Shown here: positions 34,843 to 45,421 of the stretch, piece after piece | Layout: each line of letters begins with the position of its first letter | Numbering within the stretch: position 1 is the stretch's first letter | Assembly (NCBI GenBank): GCA_964019335.1 | Contig: OZ025654.1 | Coordinates: 806,001-870,000 of the forward strand | Reading direction: 5' to 3' | DNA from: Diplonema japonicum | Lineage: Eukaryota > Protista > Euglenozoa: Diplonemea | DNA length: 64,000 bases | Position numbers and translations under genes: made by a program | The notes under the pieces: model-generated | Told to the model about the DNA's origin: nothing | Databases searched by the model: none | The model's input: the letters and a program-made list of their open reading frames with translations, nothing else

Positions 34843-36346
34843 ACCGGTTCTGTCACAAAAGATTAAAATAGCGTTTTAGGGCATCCAACTCGTCGAAAAT
34901 GGGTTTTTGGGCGACTTTGGTGGTTAAGGTAGTTTTTTGCGCCTTTCCCCCGATTTCTTTTTCCGTGTTTGATATTAAGTCCAAAGACCGGTAATGTTAA
35001 AGCAACTGCATTCGGCAGCCCTCAACCGGTTTGTACAAATAGCAACGCTGGTTCGCGATGATTTTATTTCCTTGTGCAGTTTTGTGCAAAGAAATCTTAG
35101 CAGCTTTTCTATTACTTTTTGCGAAAATAACAAAGACAAAGAGAGACATGAGTCACAGTGAATCTTTTTTTCCCCCTCTTCTTCTTTTTTTTTCTGTTCG
35201 AAACTAGTTTGGTTGAGAAAGAAAAAGAAGAAAAAAAAGGAATAATAAAAAAAAAAGAGTGGCACCTAGAACTTTCTCTATCCTTTCCTTTCCTTTCCTT
35301 TCCTTTCCTTTTATTTCTTTGCTGCGGTGGGCCGTTGCTAACCTTCGGATTTTTGTTTTTCTATGGGAAAGAACGAAAAAAGAAGAAGAAAAAAAAAAAG
35401 CAAAAAAAAAAAGTATTATTATCCCCTAAACGCCCGAGCGGGCGTTTTTGTCCTTATTTCACTTTTTTTTTGAACACGGCCCCTGGACTTCAAAATATGG
35501 CATTGTTGCGCGTTTTATTTTGTCTTGGAACTATGTTTTGCGTTAAAAGTTTTGTTTTAATTGAAACCAGCAGGGTGGGCTTAAAATGAAATCAGATAAT
35601 CAATGAAGGGGAAAAAGAAGAATAAAAGAAAAGTTAAAACCCAGCTTCCTTCCTTTTTTGCCCATTAGCCATGGAGGCACCACGAACGTGCAACGTAAGA
35701 AGAAGCAAATGGGAGTGAACCCACAACGTTAGGTTTCTTCTGTTGAATAACAGAAAGGACATATATTGTGTTCACAAGTATGATTCGTCTCTAGAAGGCT
35801 AGGAAGACTATGTCATTCTTTTTTTCTTTTTTAAAAAAAAGAAGATTCTCCAATATGTGAAATTGTGTGCAAATCGAGTTTGTACAATAAAAAAGAAAAA
35901 AAGAAAGAAAAAAGAAAAAAAGAAAACTTTCATGAGTTTGTGCGCACGAGCGGTATTTTTATCCAATAAGTTAACTCATTACACCTGCCATCAACTGTTT
36001 TTTTTCTCTTCTTTTGGGGGGCGTAGCCGAGAGGCACAATGCGCAGTACCGACAGCGCAGAAGGGAAAAACAACCGCAAGAACGGAAAAAGAAATGTTCC
36101 TCGTATGCCAGACGATGTATGATGACAACCAAAAAAATAACTATTTATTGCCAACAAATAATGAGTCATAATTTAACTCGAGTTCCCGAATTTTTTGCAC
36201 TCGGGCCCTCGTGCAAAAAAACGGTAACGAGAGTTAAATTATGGCTCATTTGGCGGCAAGTAAGTCGTTTTATTTCACTCTTCGTCATTTGAGTCACTCA
36301 CTCTCACTCACTCTCACTGCTTTCACCGCTGCTTTCCTCACACGGG

Positions 36347-37450
36347 TCAGCTTTTTTTTGGGGGGGGGGGGGGGGGGGCAGGCATTTGGTTATTGTTGAT
36401 ATTGATTGTGACGTAGTCGCTAATATTTGAGAAATAGATAGTTTGACCCGGTTGGACACTGTTGGGGGCGGGCTGTGGCAGTCCAGGCTGTTGTGTGTTG
36501 GGAACCAAGGCAGGATTTCCAGGCTGCTGTTGTGAGGGCAGGCAAGGAATGTTCAGCTGCTGCGACACAGTCCTAATCAGCTTTTTGCTTTTATCGATGT
36601 AGCCCTGGGCTACTGAAACCGAGTTCCAGCTAAAAAATTTCATCAGCGTGGCTATGTCGGCGCCCCCTTCACAAGCAGCTGTAGCGGCACTCCTCCTCAT
36701 CGAATGCGAAGTGTACTTCGACGGGCAGCTCTTGCCTAGCAGGCTGGCCACTATTTTGGTGACGTTCCTCACGGTGTTGATCCCTAACCTGGACGCAACA
36801 AACCCCTTCGACCCGTTCTGTGTATGGGCTGCCCTCCGAAGGAACAGTTTCTTGTCGTCAACAGAGGAAAAATAGATGTTGAAAACATCGGCTGCGAGTC
36901 CCTTCGGCACTAAAAAGGTCGAAAGCTCCGGAGGTCCACGCTGTTTCTTGCGCTGGAAGCAGAACCAGAAGCCGTAGTCGTCTTGCGACACCTTAGAGTA
37001 CTCTAGCTCGTACAGCTCTTCCCCCCTCAACCCCCCGTAATAACCACAAACAAACATTGCTCTGTTCACGGTAAAAACGTTGGCCTTCATATGCTCAGGG
37101 CATTCGAGGGTGAGCAACGTAGAGAGGTCCTCCATGTTGAATACCTCAGCTTTTTTGACAACCCGGGTCGTGGAGGATTCCGACCTCTTCAAAAAGAGTT
37201 TGAGCTCTTTCCACTCCTTTTCATCAGCCCCATAAATTGCAACGAAGACAGCCCGGATTTGGCTATACAGCGTCCACGCGGTGCCACAGCTGTACCCATC
37301 AGCAAGTTTCTGCTTAAGATAGGAGATGACATCAGCTTCTTTCGGCTTCGTATGCTTGGACCAGAAGTTTTCCCATGCTGTTTTGTAAATCTCAGCTGAC
37401 TTCCTGGGGAGTTTTTCTTCCCAGTTCGAACACTTTTTATCCTTCGGCAT
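36347..37450 (-). CDS. Tyrosine recombinase (Crypton-type), 367 aa from the ATG at 37450
   Basis: Catalytic set GLRGEEL (R), KKQRG (K), HSMRRSAAT (HxxR), SW...AQGY (W, Y). N-terminal LPRKSAEIYKTAWENF..TAWTLYSQI core-binding region; no stops, frameshifts or introns. Confidence 0.92.
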   Translation of the reverse strand: MPKDKKCSNWEEKLPRKSAEIYKTAWENFWSKHTKPKEADVISYLKQKLADGYSCGTAWTLYSQIRAVFVAIYGADEKEWKELKLFLKRSESSTTRVVKKAEVFNMEDLSTLLTLECPEHMKANVFTVNRAMFVCGYYGGLRGEELYELEYSKVSQDDYGFWFCFQRKKQRGPPELSTFLVPKGLAADVFNIYFSSVDDKKLFLRRAAHTQNGSKGFVASRLGINTVRNVTKIVASLLGKSCPSKYTSHSMRRSAATAACEGGADIATLMKFFSWNSVSVAQGYIDKSKKLIRTVSQQLNIPCLPSQQQPGNPALVPNTQQPGLPQPAPNSVQPGQTIYFSNISDYVTININNNQMPAPPPPPPKKS

Positions 37451-37691
37451 GATTGCGATGCGATTTGTAGTGCTGTTAGGTGGTTTTTTTGCTGAAATTT
37501 CCCTAAGGTGATATGGGGGTGGCAATTTCGCTATGGCATTTAAAGGGGAAGTAAAGCGCTTATTCCCACTTTTAAGGGCTGGAATGGCCTCAGATGGCCA
37601 AAAATAGTCAAAATACCCCCACCCCAAAAAATTTTTTCAAGGGGGTGGGTACATTTTTTTCACGACGAGACCCATTTTTTCACTCTGAATG

Positions 37692-37780
37692 GCCATTATT
37701 TAACTAGTTAAATAATGGCGATTTCGCGTTAAATAATGGCGATTTCGCGTTAAATAATGGCGATTTCGCGTTAAATAATG
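37692..37780. repeat. 28-bp perfect palindrome plus 3.5 x 21-bp tandem repeats
   Basis: GCCATTATTTAACTAGTTAAATAATGGC (37692-37719); unit GTTAAATAATGGCGATTTCGC from 37707. Confidence 0.9.
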
Positions 37781-37817
37781 AGGCCCCTAGTGAGTGAAGA
37801 AAATGACGAAGAGTGAA

Positions 37818-37866
<49 letters not shown>

Positions 37867-37924
37867 TTTTTCCCTCTTTTTTTTCTTTAGTGGCTGGAAC
37901 CTTTTTTTTCCCTCTTTTTTTTCT

Positions 37925-38820
37925 TTGGTGGCTGGAACCTACACAGCATACCTGGAGCATATCTACTGGAAGTGCAAAGAGTATGAATCTGTACGGAAAG
38001 AAGCGATGTACACCACGGTAATGAATTTTCCGAAGGAAGATATGCCTCAATGTCTAAGACTTCATGGAATCATACCGAAAAACTGCAAAGTACCACAGCC
38101 GGAAATTGTGCAGAAACTGCTAGTCAACATGATAACTCTTGCGGACGCAACCAAGATGATAGCAGAAAAGAATGAGAAAAGGGTACATGTATGGAGACGC
38201 CCTGCGCTATGGAGCAAGTACACAGTACCTGAAATGAGGTGGTTCCGAAAGCACTTGAAGATGAACTTCATAGGAGCACAGATTGTGCCGGAAGTAGTTA
38301 AGTGGCTTTCGAAATTAGAATGGAATAAGCAGGGGTCGGTGACTAGACTAGAGCTAGTGATAGATTTCGAGCTGACGAGTGGGGTGTACGTTTTGGGCAG
38401 GCAAGACGACATCATCAAGAGGGCCAACCGATTGGCAAAAATAATTGAAAGACTGATGGGCGCAGCCGAGGCACACGCACCAAAGCCGTTCATGCCCAAG
38501 GAAATAACTGAATCCGTGGCATTACGATCGATAGGTGCACCCAAGCGACTGAAGGGGTACACCGGAAGGCCGAAATTCGCATCCAGCAGAACGTGCGAAA
38601 TTCTGGAAAGACAATGCGCAGTACCGACTGCACAGAGAAAAGAGTGGTCCGACCCCTTCGTGCCCGACTACAGAGCACAACAACCTACCAGAACGCAGTC
38701 CACCCTTCCCGCAGCCATGCATCCTTCAGCACAGAAGGGTAGCAACATCCGCTAGCGCGGTTAAGGAGTTGCTCGTACGCCAGGCGGTTTATGAAGCAAC
38801 CAAAGTCATTCTTCTTCTTT
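37925..38820 (+). mobile_element. 5'-truncated non-LTR retrotransposon 3' end
   Basis: Open frame with a zinc-knuckle remnant EHIYWKC, P.CL.LHGIIP and the conserved C-terminal block LEW..VTRLELVIDFELTSG. Tail CAACCAAAGTCATTCTTCTT is also present at ~42520-42545. Confidence 0.75.
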
Positions 38821-38918
38821 ATATTTTCTCCTTCTTCTTTTTTTTTTTTTTTTTTTTTTTGGGCGATAGCGTCCCTTTCCAGAAAAGCAAACAAAAGAAG
38901 GAGGGGGAAATAAAAAAA

Positions 38919-41507
38919 ATGTTTCTAACAACCAAGCAGCTCATCGTCACCGTCCTGGGACTGGGGATGACGTGCTGGACGGTAACAGACTTCATTGAAG
39001 GGTTCTACATCGGCGCAGGCATCGAAACAGGCTTCTTACTATGGTGCTGCGTTGTGTTTGTCTCGCAACAATGGGACCCCGGGAAGAAGTGGCCGTGGTG
39101 GGACATAGGCACAATGATTTTCATCATCGGAATTAACGCGGTGCACTACGACGGTCATCACGCACTATGGGCAACAAACGCTTTCTTGTACCTTCTCACG
39201 CCCATCGGGTTTACATGGTGTCCTACCACACTGCTAGTCATCCATATGGTGGGGTCATCGGTTGTCCAGTATCTAGTCTTGCACTCTAGAGTCTCCCATG
39301 TAGTGCACGATGTTTCAGCGAAGATCATCACAATCGGCCTCACGTTGACCGTCAGAATGTGGGTCCTCAAGAGCGTGACCAGCACCGCAGAGTGTAAGGA
39401 CCTCTGCGACACTTATGTTAAGTTCCTCAAGGGCGAGATGCTTCAGAGTGACCTCGAAGAGATCCTCGAAACCTCTCAACAATGGGCGTCAAGATACATT
39501 ATGGAAATCATGCTTTACTCAGGCACTGGTTACGAAGAGACAGTCTCTTACGGGATGATGAACCCTTTGAACCGAAGTCGGAGGAAGTCAACGTTTAACC
39601 CCGATAGGAATACAGCGTTCTTCTCTCCGATCTACGATACGCAGTCCCCCCCCCCGAAGCGAAGCCTCGAAGTAACCATGCAAAGCTCGTCTTACTTTTC
39701 GTCCTTTTCCGACATGTCCGAATCTGATGCGTCTATGCACCGCAGGGACAGCTTCACAAACCGAACTGTCTCGTTGCTCCTGTTTGAAACCACGTCCCCT
39801 GACGCCGTTCGCTATTTAAACGAGATAGCCTCCTGTTTAAAAGAGTGGAACGCCACGATTATCGACATCAAAGCGGACTCACTCCTCGGCGGGTGGAACT
39901 GTTGGAAAGCCGAGGCGAAGCATGCCGCGATGGCTGTTAACTGTCTGTTGGAGTTCTCCGCCGAAAAGCTGCAAATGAAGGATTCATGGTGGTCAACAAG
40001 CATCGTAGCAGGGAAGATCTCTGTAAGACACATACAGAAGTTACCCGTGTTAATCGGCCAGCCGATGAACGAGCTTAAACTTCTCCCCGGGCTTGCAAAA
40101 GAGCTGAAAATTCACATTCTCGTCACGGACGAAGCGAGAAACCTGTCTCCGAACCACGTGATGCGGTTGGTCGAGATTATCCCGCAGGATACCAACGCAC
40201 CGTGTGGGTCCTCAACCATGAGGCTCTTCACGGTGGCGAACAAAGGTGACACGGAGGCGTTCGTCACAACTTACAACGACGGGTTCAGTTTCTTCTCGAC
40301 AGGGAGGTTTTCCGAAGCTTGCTCGCGGTTCCAAGTGTGCTTGAAGCAGAAACCATCGGACTACTTATCGAAGAGAGGGATGTTCTTTGCAAGTACGTCG
40401 GAGGCGCGACAGAAATCAGGGGCGGCACCTCCATGGCCAACACCGTATCTTCGAAAATGTGTCGGCTGGCAGAATTTTGAAGCCGACATGCCCGACGGGG
40501 ACGAGGTAAGCTTCGAGTACGAAAAACAGCGCGTGCTGCTCGGAACGAGAAAAAACACCGCTCCGCAGAGTTTCTCCGGGATACGCAAGACAATCGAAGG
40601 GTTATACGATGGTGACAACAACGATCCCGACGATGAAGAAGAGATACCTTTCGAGCTTACAGACGATAATGGCACCAACACCTGGCGGTCGGACAAACTT
40701 CTCGGAGAAGGTGCGTTCGGCGGGGTTTGGATGGGCATGTCCGCAGATGGTTCACTCGCTGCAATCAAAGCCGTCAAGCTCCCGAATAAAAAACCAAGAG
40801 CGCGCTTGAAACAACAGAAGGAGCCATCAAACTATATAGACGACCTTCTAAAAGAAGTCGTTCTTCTTTCATCTCTGAAGCACGACTACATCGTGAGCTA
40901 CAAGGGCAGCATGGTTGTTCCGGGCTATTTTATGATCTGCATGGAATGCGTCACAGGCGGTTCGCTGGCTAAAATCCAATCAGTATTCGGGGCCATTCCC
41001 ATCACTGCCTTGAAAAGGTATTCTCGCTGTATTCTGTCAGGACTGGCGTATTTGCATAAAAACTCTGTGACCCACAGGGACTTGAAACCCGCCAACATCC
41101 TCCTCACAGGTGACGGGGATTGCAAGCTCGCTGATTTTGGAGCTGCGGTTCACTCAACCAAGAAGTATCGTAGTACCCGAAGCAATCAGATTATGGGGAC
41201 GCAGGGGACACCGCTTTACATGTCGCCTGAGGCATGCCGAGGGGCCTTCTGTGCAAAATCGGATATTTGGGCGTTTGGGTTAACCGTGCTTCAGATGCTT
41301 ACCGGAAAGCTTCCCTACACCGAGGAACAGCGGGATCTCCGGTGCTTACTGTTCACCAGGCGGCTGGCGGAGGACGATTCGTTCCGCACCGTGCTGCCGC
41401 CCTTTTCATGCGACCGGTTGGCCGACTTCCTTAAGCCCACCCTTCAAGGGGACCCTGCTGCGCGGCCCACCGCTCAGAAGCTGCTCATGCACTCGTTTTT
41501 ACTTTGA
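38919..41507 (+). CDS. Multi-pass membrane protein with degenerate cyclase-like domain and C-terminal STE/MAP3K-like Ser/Thr kinase (862 aa)
   Basis: ATG at 38919; about 5-6 N-terminal hydrophobic helices. Cyclase-like block IIDIKADSLLGGWN..IGQPMN..ILVT. Kinase motifs GEGAFG, AIK, HRDLKPAN, DFG, GTPLYMSPE, SDIW. Confidence 0.9.
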   Translation: MFLTTKQLIVTVLGLGMTCWTVTDFIEGFYIGAGIETGFLLWCCVVFVSQQWDPGKKWPWWDIGTMIFIIGINAVHYDGHHALWATNAFLYLLTPIGFTWCPTTLLVIHMVGSSVVQYLVLHSRVSHVVHDVSAKIITIGLTLTVRMWVLKSVTSTAECKDLCDTYVKFLKGEMLQSDLEEILETSQQWASRYIMEIMLYSGTGYEETVSYGMMNPLNRSRRKSTFNPDRNTAFFSPIYDTQSPPPKRSLEVTMQSSSYFSSFSDMSESDASMHRRDSFTNRTVSLLLFETTSPDAVRYLNEIASCLKEWNATIIDIKADSLLGGWNCWKAEAKHAAMAVNCLLEFSAEKLQMKDSWWSTSIVAGKISVRHIQKLPVLIGQPMNELKLLPGLAKELKIHILVTDEARNLSPNHVMRLVEIIPQDTNAPCGSSTMRLFTVANKGDTEAFVTTYNDGFSFFSTGRFSEACSRFQVCLKQKPSDYLSKRGMFFASTSEARQKSGAAPPWPTPYLRKCVGWQNFEADMPDGDEVSFEYEKQRVLLGTRKNTAPQSFSGIRKTIEGLYDGDNNDPDDEEEIPFELTDDNGTNTWRSDKLLGEGAFGGVWMGMSADGSLAAIKAVKLPNKKPRARLKQQKEPSNYIDDLLKEVVLLSSLKHDYIVSYKGSMVVPGYFMICMECVTGGSLAKIQSVFGAIPITALKRYSRCILSGLAYLHKNSVTHRDLKPANILLTGDGDCKLADFGAAVHSTKKYRSTRSNQIMGTQGTPLYMSPEACRGAFCAKSDIWAFGLTVLQMLTGKLPYTEEQRDLRCLLFTRRLAEDDSFRTVLPPFSCDRLADFLKPTLQGDPAARPTAQKLLMHSFLL

Positions 41508-42297
41508 GAGGAAAAAGAAAATAGCTGTAGTGATGCGAATCGGGATTTTTGCAATATGATCCTTTGGTTTGGAGGAAGGTTGTCTGGGGTTCGAGGACGG
41601 GAGGCTCCTGAGTGCCGCCAGGCCAACAGAAGTACATAGTTTCACAGCTGCCTAGGGCTATGTAGGCAAGAAACGATTCTTCCGTTTCCATTACCGGTTC
41701 TGAGAGAGGCCACCGCGACTCCTCCCATGGGGGAGCATTTTTACCGATCAAATTATAGCCCGGGTTATCAAATTATGAGAGGGGGTAATCAGGGGTTAGT
41801 AAAGAAATTTCTGAACAATCAGAAAAGAGGAACTGGCCGTTGTTTATACCTGCCTGCCAGATAAAAAAAGCTTACTGGTTAGGACAGATCACATTAAATC
41901 AACCCAATGCGCATTTTTCTTATTCTTGTTGTTTCTTTTTCTCTTTAGATTTTTGCTTCCGCAAAAAGAAAAAAGAAGAAATTACTGCCCTACCCATGTA
42001 GTGTTTCGTATATGCAGTATCCATTACTGCAATTTTGTCTAGTTTTTCTCAGAAAATGACTTCAAGAGAAAGCAGCTTGGAAGTAATCTAGGCAAATTCC
42101 TTTTCCCCCCTCCCCTTTTCCTCCCCCCTTATTTTCTGTGCCGAGTTAGAATCAAAAAGCGCAAAAAAAAACTAATGTTATTTTTTTTACTCACAAGTTA
42201 CAGCGCATATTGGTCTCCAACTCTCTTTTGTCATTTCAGGGAATTCTGTGTCAGGGTGACGGTGCTCGGCGGAGAGACAGGAATTTCTTCTTCTTAA

Positions 42298-42545
42298 GGT
42301 GGTGGGGATAACATGGAGATATAAGAAGTACATCAGATGTGTTGTTCGTGGGAGAACGTATGACAGATGCTCAGGGTGACCCGGGGCGTCCTGGCTAGGG
42401 TTGAGTTGCGCACCGCACGCATTAAGGACACAACGCGGAACGCAAAAGAAGTTACCGCTTGGCCGCGGTACGCCCCCTGTAATCAAGTAGACTGGCTTGC
42501 TTGTACGCCAGGCGGTTAATAAGCAACCAAAAGTCATTCTTCTTA
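42298..42545 (+). mobile_element. R1 copy fused to the 3' tail of the 37925-type retroposon
   Basis: GGTGGTGGGGATAACATGG start, R1 body to ~42492, then GCTTGTACGCCAGGCGGTT..CAACCAAAAGTCATTCTTC matching 38768-38818. Confidence 0.7.
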
Positions 42546-43195
42546 TTCTTGGCGTCCTGCCACATACCGCAGGTACCCTTAAATGTCTCTTTTTTCTTTT
42601 TCTTTTTTTATTTAATTCTGAGCAGCTCTCTTAAAGAATTTAGGCCGGAAGATATAAATCAGGTTTCACTTTATTTCACGGGCGTGAAAATAAAGTATCT
42701 GATTTTTTCCTCATGTTTTTAAGCCAAACGTTGCTGGGCGTGAAAATCAGGTACTTTATTTCACGCCCACAGTCATTTCTAGCAAAATAGGAAGAAAACC
42801 GAAGGCGACCGGGAAGCGAGCCAAGGGCATCAGCCTAAACTGTGATGGAAGACAGGCTTCCAACGGCAAGCGAAATGGCCTACAGGAAGGAGTGGGAGAG
42901 GTTTTGCACCTACCACTCGATCAAACCCAATAGAAAAGCACGGCCAACTGTTGAACAAACACAGCAGTCCCCTGCAACGCCCCCTTCAGCTCTGCCCCTT
43001 CGACACAGCCCACTTCTTCAACAGTGCACAGAATCACGTTTGACATAAACGTCAACATCAATTCGCTGAATTGATCATACCAAACCCAGTACCGTGTTCA
43101 GTAAAGAGTCGCATTGTGCCGCTACAAGCAGGCAGCAGCGAAGCCACACTCGGCACCCAAATTCTTTGCGAGAGCAGCTCATCATTAAATAAAGC

Positions 43196-43885
43196 TGGCG
43201 GTGGTGGGGGAGCGGGACGCAGCCCTACAAGCGAAGAGGCAGGAGGTGTACCACACACACCAGTGGCTGGAGATCACACAAGGTCAAGAACACCCAGTAC
43301 CGTCGGACAAGGACTTCGGCAAGCTACCGGCAGGGGATGTCCAACGTGAGTACACGAAGGAGGTGCTGAGGTGGATGCGGCAACTGCGCTGGTATGCAGG
43401 CAGCAGAAACACGTCAGTGTCGACGGTGGAGCTGGCACTGGATTTCGAGAACGTGACCGGGAAGACCCTTGGAGGGAAGCTGGGGGATCTCGCAGAAGTA
43501 CAGCAGAAAGCGAGGAGATTGCATGGACTGATGAAGAAGATCTGGCACACATGGGAGCTAGGGAGGGTACTGAAGAAGGTGAAAGGAAGGAGGGCTTTCC
43601 CAGCTGAGCCGAGCACAAGGGTGCACACACTACGATCCATCGGGAGGACAAAGGCGGTGATCGGATGGAACAGGAGGGCGATATTTGCATCACCGAAGAC
43701 CAAGCAAGACCTAGAGGCGTTGAAAGGACAATGGGCGAGAGAACGAAGAGAAAGAGCGGCCAGGCTGGGGAGAAGGCCGGCAAGACCACCAAAGGAGGAG
43801 AAACCGCTGCTGAAAGGGGATAGGTGCAGGTAGAAGATGAGAACAAGGGGGCGTCTCACAAAGACTTCCTTTAACTCATATAATA
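43196..43885 (+). mobile_element. 5'-truncated non-LTR retrotransposon 3' end
   Basis: ORF 43201-43833 with LRWY..STVELALDFENVTG..RVHTLRSIG..LKGDR (homologous to 62440-62913); 3' end ACTTCCTTTAACTCATAT; AATAAA on both flanks. Confidence 0.8.
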
Positions 43886-43989
43886 AAATGCAGTATTGAA
43901 TAAAATCAGAGCATGATTTCACTTGTGGGGTCCCCTTTTTGACGAGTGATTTTACTTCACGAGCGAAGCGAGTGTTCATTTAATAAATA

Positions 43990-44770
43990 CTGTAAAACAA
44001 AAATCCACCGGAAGATAAAATATCCGGACCGCCGAAACATCCGGTGATTTTTTCTTCCGGACATTTTTTGGGGCACTTTTCAAGGGGGTACCTAGCCTGC
44101 CCTACGCACTGTCCCCCCCCCCCCCCCCCCCTGTCTGCTGCATGTTTCCCTGGAAAAACTTATGTTTCTGTTGCAGGAGTCTTAAAAATGTCAAAAATAT
44201 GACTAAAAAAAAAAGGGGTGAAGAACGTCCTACCTGTCCGTCTGTTTGCTGCCTTCGCAGCCTTGGTAGCGTGCCTGGCCTCGGTCAGCAAGTCTTTGCT
44301 GGGTCAAGGGGGGACCATTTCTACCGAAGAAAAAAAAGGAAGAAGAAACGGAAAACGAAGCTTCGTCCACTCAAGAAGCGGCGGAAACCGTACTTGTGTT
44401 TCTTCCTCGTTCAGAAGAGGCTTGCGACCCGCAGTAACGGGTGCGACGGGGATAGACCTTGGAGCATACCAAAGCGGTGTTCCCAGTCTGATATACTGGA
44501 CGTTGGCACCGTGTTTGCGGGAGAAGCGAACAATCAGGATCTGAGGTGTCTTTTAGTTCTTAGAAAAGTTCGCTGCAATTCTCTCTGATTTTCGTTTGAT
44601 TTTTCTCTTGCTACAGAAACTAGTTTCATCCGTTTTCTGGTCCAGCCCTTTAAAAAAAGAAAAGGGGTCCCGGGAAAAAAATGTCCGGAAGAAAAAATAT
44701 CCGGACCGCCAGAACTTCCGGATATTTTATCTTCCGGACATTTTATCTTCCGGTGATTTTTGTTTTACAG
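43990..44770. mobile_element. MITE with TA target duplication (Tc1/mariner-pogo type)
   Basis: TA|CTGTAAAACAAAAATC(C)ACCGGAAGATAAAAT..TCCGGA TIRs|TA; removal restores AATAAATAGCTATT as seen at 60970-60983. Confidence 0.85.
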
Positions 44771-45421
44771 TAGCTATTTTTTTTTTTTTTCCCTCGGGGG
44801 ACCAATGTTTCCAACCTCCCTGTGGTGGTTCCTGGTAATTGTGGTTTGGAGAAACACAAGCGAAAGGGAAACTCTCGTTCTAAAGCCGTACACGTGGGGA
44901 AACCTGGACGGGGGTTGAGAGCCCACCCTACGCGTGGCGCCAGTTAGCATCGCCCTCAACGGAGAGTCCCTTATCCCATTACATCGAACAAGGAGGTGGC
45001 TTCACCAGGTCAGGCAAGTAGCCTCCCCGCGGCATCGTGCCAGTGAAGCAAGCCTCCTACAACTCTCCAGTTGGTGTTTAATTGCTTCTGTGGCCCCTCT
45101 CCCTATTTCAATTTCCAAGCTTTCTTTACCTCTCCACTTTTACTTTCTACGGGACCACAGGGGACTTGGAGGCTTCGGGGCGAAGTTTCACAAGGGTGGC
45201 CGCTGTGTCACATACTGCATGGCACCACTAAAATCGAGACAACTTTTCTTCTTGTTCTTTCCCCTCCGCTCTTTTTCTTTTGTGGACGTGCACAATCAAC
45301 CGACTCTTTTTTTTTTAATCCCCGTTTTTACTCTTATTTCTTTCCTCTCCCCCCTTTCCTCCCCTCCCCTCACTTTTACGTGCATCCGATCTGCTACATA
45401 AGTATACACAAGCAGGATAAC

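Larger units (their letters stand above)
36136..37823 (-). mobile_element. Crypton-like tyrosine-recombinase transposon, apparently complete
   Basis: Intact YR ORF between 23-bp perfect inverted repeats (36268-36290, 37801-37823). Outside one IR lie a ~112-bp hairpin (36148-36259) and a terminal AATAAATAGTTATT (minus strand). Ends are repeated at 34711-34842 and 58194-58584. Confidence 0.85.
42607..44778 (+). mobile_element. Internally deleted Crypton-like element of a second family, interrupted by a LINE fragment and a MITE
   Basis: 35-bp IRs at 42607-42641 and 43159-43193 (30/35 match). YR N-terminal remnant EDRLPTASEMAYRKEWERF (42845-) and C-terminal-like ITFDINVNIN. Half hairpin at 43885-43987; terminus AATAAA-TA-GCTATT split by the MITE. 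Confidence 0.75.

Noticed and set aside
36347-37450. Phage integrase or bacterial contamination
   Set aside because: No phage or bacterial neighbours; the ends are repeated in the eukaryotic flanks, and related decayed YRs occur at 42.8 and 60.3 kb.
37451-37627. N-terminal extension of the YR ORF to 426 aa
   Set aside because: It starts at a TTG, and part of the region is shared with the non-coding derivative at 58360+; the ATG at 37450 fits the homology.
37707-37780. CRISPR-like array
   Set aside because: Repeats are head-to-tail with no spacers; no cas genes; eukaryotic context.
36136-37823. DIRS/Ngaro retrotransposon or Helitron
   Set aside because: No RT/RNase H, gag or Rep-helicase sequence between the ends.
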